In this document: in pieces, positions 12,920 through 15,043 of the stretch
How the letters are laid out: every line of letters starts with the position of its first letter
How positions within the stretch are numbered: the stretch's first letter is position 1
DNA from: Candidatus Nanopusillus sp.
Lineage (GTDB): Archaea; Nanobdellota; Nanobdellia; Nanobdellales; Nanobdellaceae
Direction: 5' to 3'
Assembly (NCBI GenBank): GCA_046533775.1
Contig: JAWDOO010000010.1
Coordinates: forward strand, 1-15,043
DNA length: 15,043 nt
Made by a program: the position numbers and the translations under genes
The notes under the pieces: generated by a model
Database searches by the model: none
The model's input: only the letters and a program-made list of their open reading frames with translations
What the model was told of the DNA's origin: nothing

Positions 12920-14728
12920 ATGATAGAAAAATATTATCCAATATTAAATAATAGACCATTTCAAATTGATGTTATAGAAAAAATATTAAACTATATTAAT
13001 GAAAATAGAAAATTTATTTTATTGGATTCTCCTACAGGTTCAGGTAAAACAATTATTTCATTGGTAATTTCTGATTATTTAGCAAAACAAGATTTTATAA
13101 CCCATATTGCTGTAAGAACAACTGAAGAAATAAAAAGATATTTGGAAGATTCATTTAAAATAAATACAATATTAAGGTTATATCCAAATAAAAAGAAAAC
13201 ATGTCCAATATTTTTTAAATCAAATTTATCTGGAGAAGAAATAATATGTGCAGATTGTATATATAAAAAATCATTATATGATGTAGAAGAATTATATAAA
13301 AGGTTAAAGAAATATAATTATAATTTTATTAAATTGACAAAAATAGAATATAAAAAATATTTAAAAAAGAAAGATGTAAAATGTATATATCATTCTTTTA
13401 GAAAGATTGATTCAAATATTTATATTTCAACATATCCATATGTTTTTAATCAATATTTAAATGAAGTATTATCATTAGAAGGAGAACCTGACTTTTTAAT
13501 AATGGATGAATCACATAATTTATTAACATCAATTATAAATCCTATGTCAATATCATTTAGAAAATATATAGAAAAAGGTATTGGAAAAAGAAATGAAGAA
13601 AATTTATTATTTCAGGATTTAATAAAAGAATTTGAAATTATAAAAAATGCTTTAAATATACCTGAACAAGATTTTGAATTAACAAGATATAATTTAATGA
13701 AATTCTCAGATGAATTATTATCATTTATAGAAAATGTAATTGCAAAAAAATTTAATACAAGAGATATATATTTAATAAAAGAAAGAATAGAAAAATCTTC
13801 AAAAGAAATATATATAGATAGAGAAAAATTAAAGGAAATATTTGATTATAATGAAAAATTATTGGATAATTTATCATTTTATTGGGAAACATATAAAAGA
13901 TATGTTTCAAAAAATAATATTAAATTACCAAAGAAAAGATGGAATATAAATAAAATATTAAAATTATATTATTATATAAATTCTGAAGATATTTTTTGGA
14001 TATTAAATTTATTTAAATTAGAAGGATATATAACAAAATTTGAAAAAATAATTAAAGTATTTGATAATTATAAATCAGTAATATTAATGTCTGGAAGTAA
14101 TTTTACAAAAGAAAGTTTCCAAAAATTATATAAAATAAAGGATGTAGAATATATTAAGGTTGATATAAAATATGGGAAAAAGGATTATGAAGTATTATAT
14201 AATTTTTCTTCAAGATATTCAAAAAGAAATGATAAAAAGAATATAGAAAATTTAATAGGTGATATAAAATTTATTGCAAATAATTTAGAAAAATATCAAT
14301 TATATATGTTTCCTTCATATTCTTTTATGATAAATATATATGAGAAATTAGATATAAAGGATAGAATATTTTTAGATGATGGAGAAAAACCATTAAATAG
14401 AATATTAAAAACTAATAAAGATATAATATTTACGTATGCAAGATCAAGATTTATAGAAGGAATTCAATTAGTAAAGGATAATCATTCATTATTAAAGGTA
14501 ATTGTAATTGTTGGAAAACCATATCCACCACCACCAAATGCATCAATATTAATATATAAAATAATTAAGGATAATAATTTGGATTATAATGAACTGGCAG
14601 AAGTATTAAAAGATATAAATATTAAACAAGTAATTGGAAGGTCAATAAGATTTCCAAATGATTATGTTAAAATATTTTTTATAGATGATAGATATAAAAA
14701 GGTGGAAATTAAAAAATATTTACAATAA
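12920..14728 (+). CDS. xpd: XPD/Rad3-family superfamily-2 DNA helicase with a 4-Cys Fe-S domain
   Basis: It has Walker A DSPTGSGKT and a DEAH-type motif II (IMDESHNL). Four cysteines lie between motifs Ia and II (TCP...x14...CADC...x41...C), as in the XPD Fe-S domain. A long K/E-rich insertion (arch-like) follows, then the C-terminal motif VI-like QVIGRSIRFPNDY. Total length is 602 aa. Confidence 0.82.
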   Translation: MIEKYYPILNNRPFQIDVIEKILNYINENRKFILLDSPTGSGKTIISLVISDYLAKQDFITHIAVRTTEEIKRYLEDSFKINTILRLYPNKKKTCPIFFKSNLSGEEIICADCIYKKSLYDVEELYKRLKKYNYNFIKLTKIEYKKYLKKKDVKCIYHSFRKIDSNIYISTYPYVFNQYLNEVLSLEGEPDFLIMDESHNLLTSIINPMSISFRKYIEKGIGKRNEENLLFQDLIKEFEIIKNALNIPEQDFELTRYNLMKFSDELLSFIENVIAKKFNTRDIYLIKERIEKSSKEIYIDREKLKEIFDYNEKLLDNLSFYWETYKRYVSKNNIKLPKKRWNINKILKLYYYINSEDIFWILNLFKLEGYITKFEKIIKVFDNYKSVILMSGSNFTKESFQKLYKIKDVEYIKVDIKYGKKDYEVLYNFSSRYSKRNDKKNIENLIGDIKFIANNLEKYQLYMFPSYSFMINIYEKLDIKDRIFLDDGEKPLNRILKTNKDIIFTYARSRFIEGIQLVKDNHSLLKVIVIVGKPYPPPPNASILIYKIIKDNNLDYNELAEVLKDINIKQVIGRSIRFPNDYVKIFFIDDRYKKVEIKKYLQ

Positions 14729-15043
14729 TTATTCATATCTTAATGCAACCATTGGATCAATTCTAGAAGCTTTTATTGCAGGTAATGTTCCAGATAAAAT
14801 ACCTATAAAGAATGGGAATACTAAAGAAAAGACTATTAATTGTACAGTAATATATGGTTGTAATCCAACAAATCCATAGAATTTTAATACTGAAGAAGCT
14901 ATATATGATGTAAAGAATCCAAGCGTTATTCCTAAAATTCCTCCTATTAATCCAATAAATCCAGATTCTAATAAAAATAAAATTAATACTTCTATATTTT
15001 TCATTCCTAAAGCTTTTAATAATCCAATTTCTCTATATCTTTC
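14729..15043 (-). CDS. ABC transporter permease, FtsX/MacB/LolC-like (C-terminal part; the gene continues beyond the window end)
   Basis: The minus-strand frame stays open through base 15043 and reads ERYREIGLLKALGMKNIEVLILFLLES...GILSGTLPAIKASRIDPMVALRYE*. This is the conserved FtsX-domain pattern (r.rEIGilkAlGa....i...f..E ... P.A.kAsr..P..aLr.e). The Met at 15004 in the ORF track is internal. Confidence 0.88.
   Translation of the reverse strand, partial: ERYREIGLLKALGMKNIEVLILFLLESGFIGLIGGILGITLGFFTSYIASSVLKFYGFVGLQPYITVQLIVFSLVFPFFIGILSGTLPAIKASRIDPMVALRYE

Noticed and set aside
14685-14879. 64-aa plus-strand ORF overlapping the XPD end and the permease gene
   Set aside because: It is antisense to the clearly conserved FtsX-domain C-terminus (…PAIKASRIDPMVALRYE). 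It is a shadow ORF.
1-15043. Search for a CRISPR array, toxin-antitoxin pair, restriction-modification genes or another defence or accessory multi-gene system
   Set aside because: No spaced direct repeats were seen in any intergenic region. No Cas, methyltransferase, nuclease-ATPase pairing or small adjacent toxin/antitoxin-like ORFs were found. The helicase has the XPD Fe-S architecture and stands alone. The window reads as core housekeeping sequence.

Overview
This is a very AT-rich window (about a quarter G+C by eye) and it is almost fully coding. It looks like core chromosome from a small-genome archaeon. The two tRNA genes are strongly GC-rich islands, which suggests a thermophile. Together with the extreme gene packing and the scattered single ribosomal-protein genes, this fits a Nanoarchaeota/DPANN-like lineage, but that assignment is inference and not proven.

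Recognisable content is mostly information-processing housekeeping:
- Replication, chromatin and repair: PCNA, an archaeal histone, endonuclease III, a fused alkyltransferase-like (ATL)/endonuclease V protein, RadA, and an XPD/Rad3-type Fe-S helicase.
- Translation and RNA: aIF5A, ribosomal proteins eL15 and eS8, an Sm-like protein, an intron-containing tRNA-Leu(UAA), and tRNA-Phe(GAA).
- Other: an M16 peptidase, an AIM24/TIGR00266-like protein, SufC with a very short SufB/D-like partner, a PRC-barrel protein, and a partial FtsX-type ABC permease.

I see no CRISPR array, transposase, integrase or recognisable defence operon, and no convincing new multi-gene system. The leads most worth following up are:
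1. The ATL-EndoV fusion, in which both domains carry substitutions at canonical catalytic residues.
2. A tRNA-flanked, Asn/Tyr-rich, nearly lysine-free protein with a pilin-type signal peptide, whose promoter spacer is an A14 homopolymer.
3. A minimal SufC plus 202-aa SufB/D pair.
4. A 203-aa orphan protein.
5. Conserved and duplicated promoter elements.

All family assignments come from reading motifs in the supplied translations. No database search was run.
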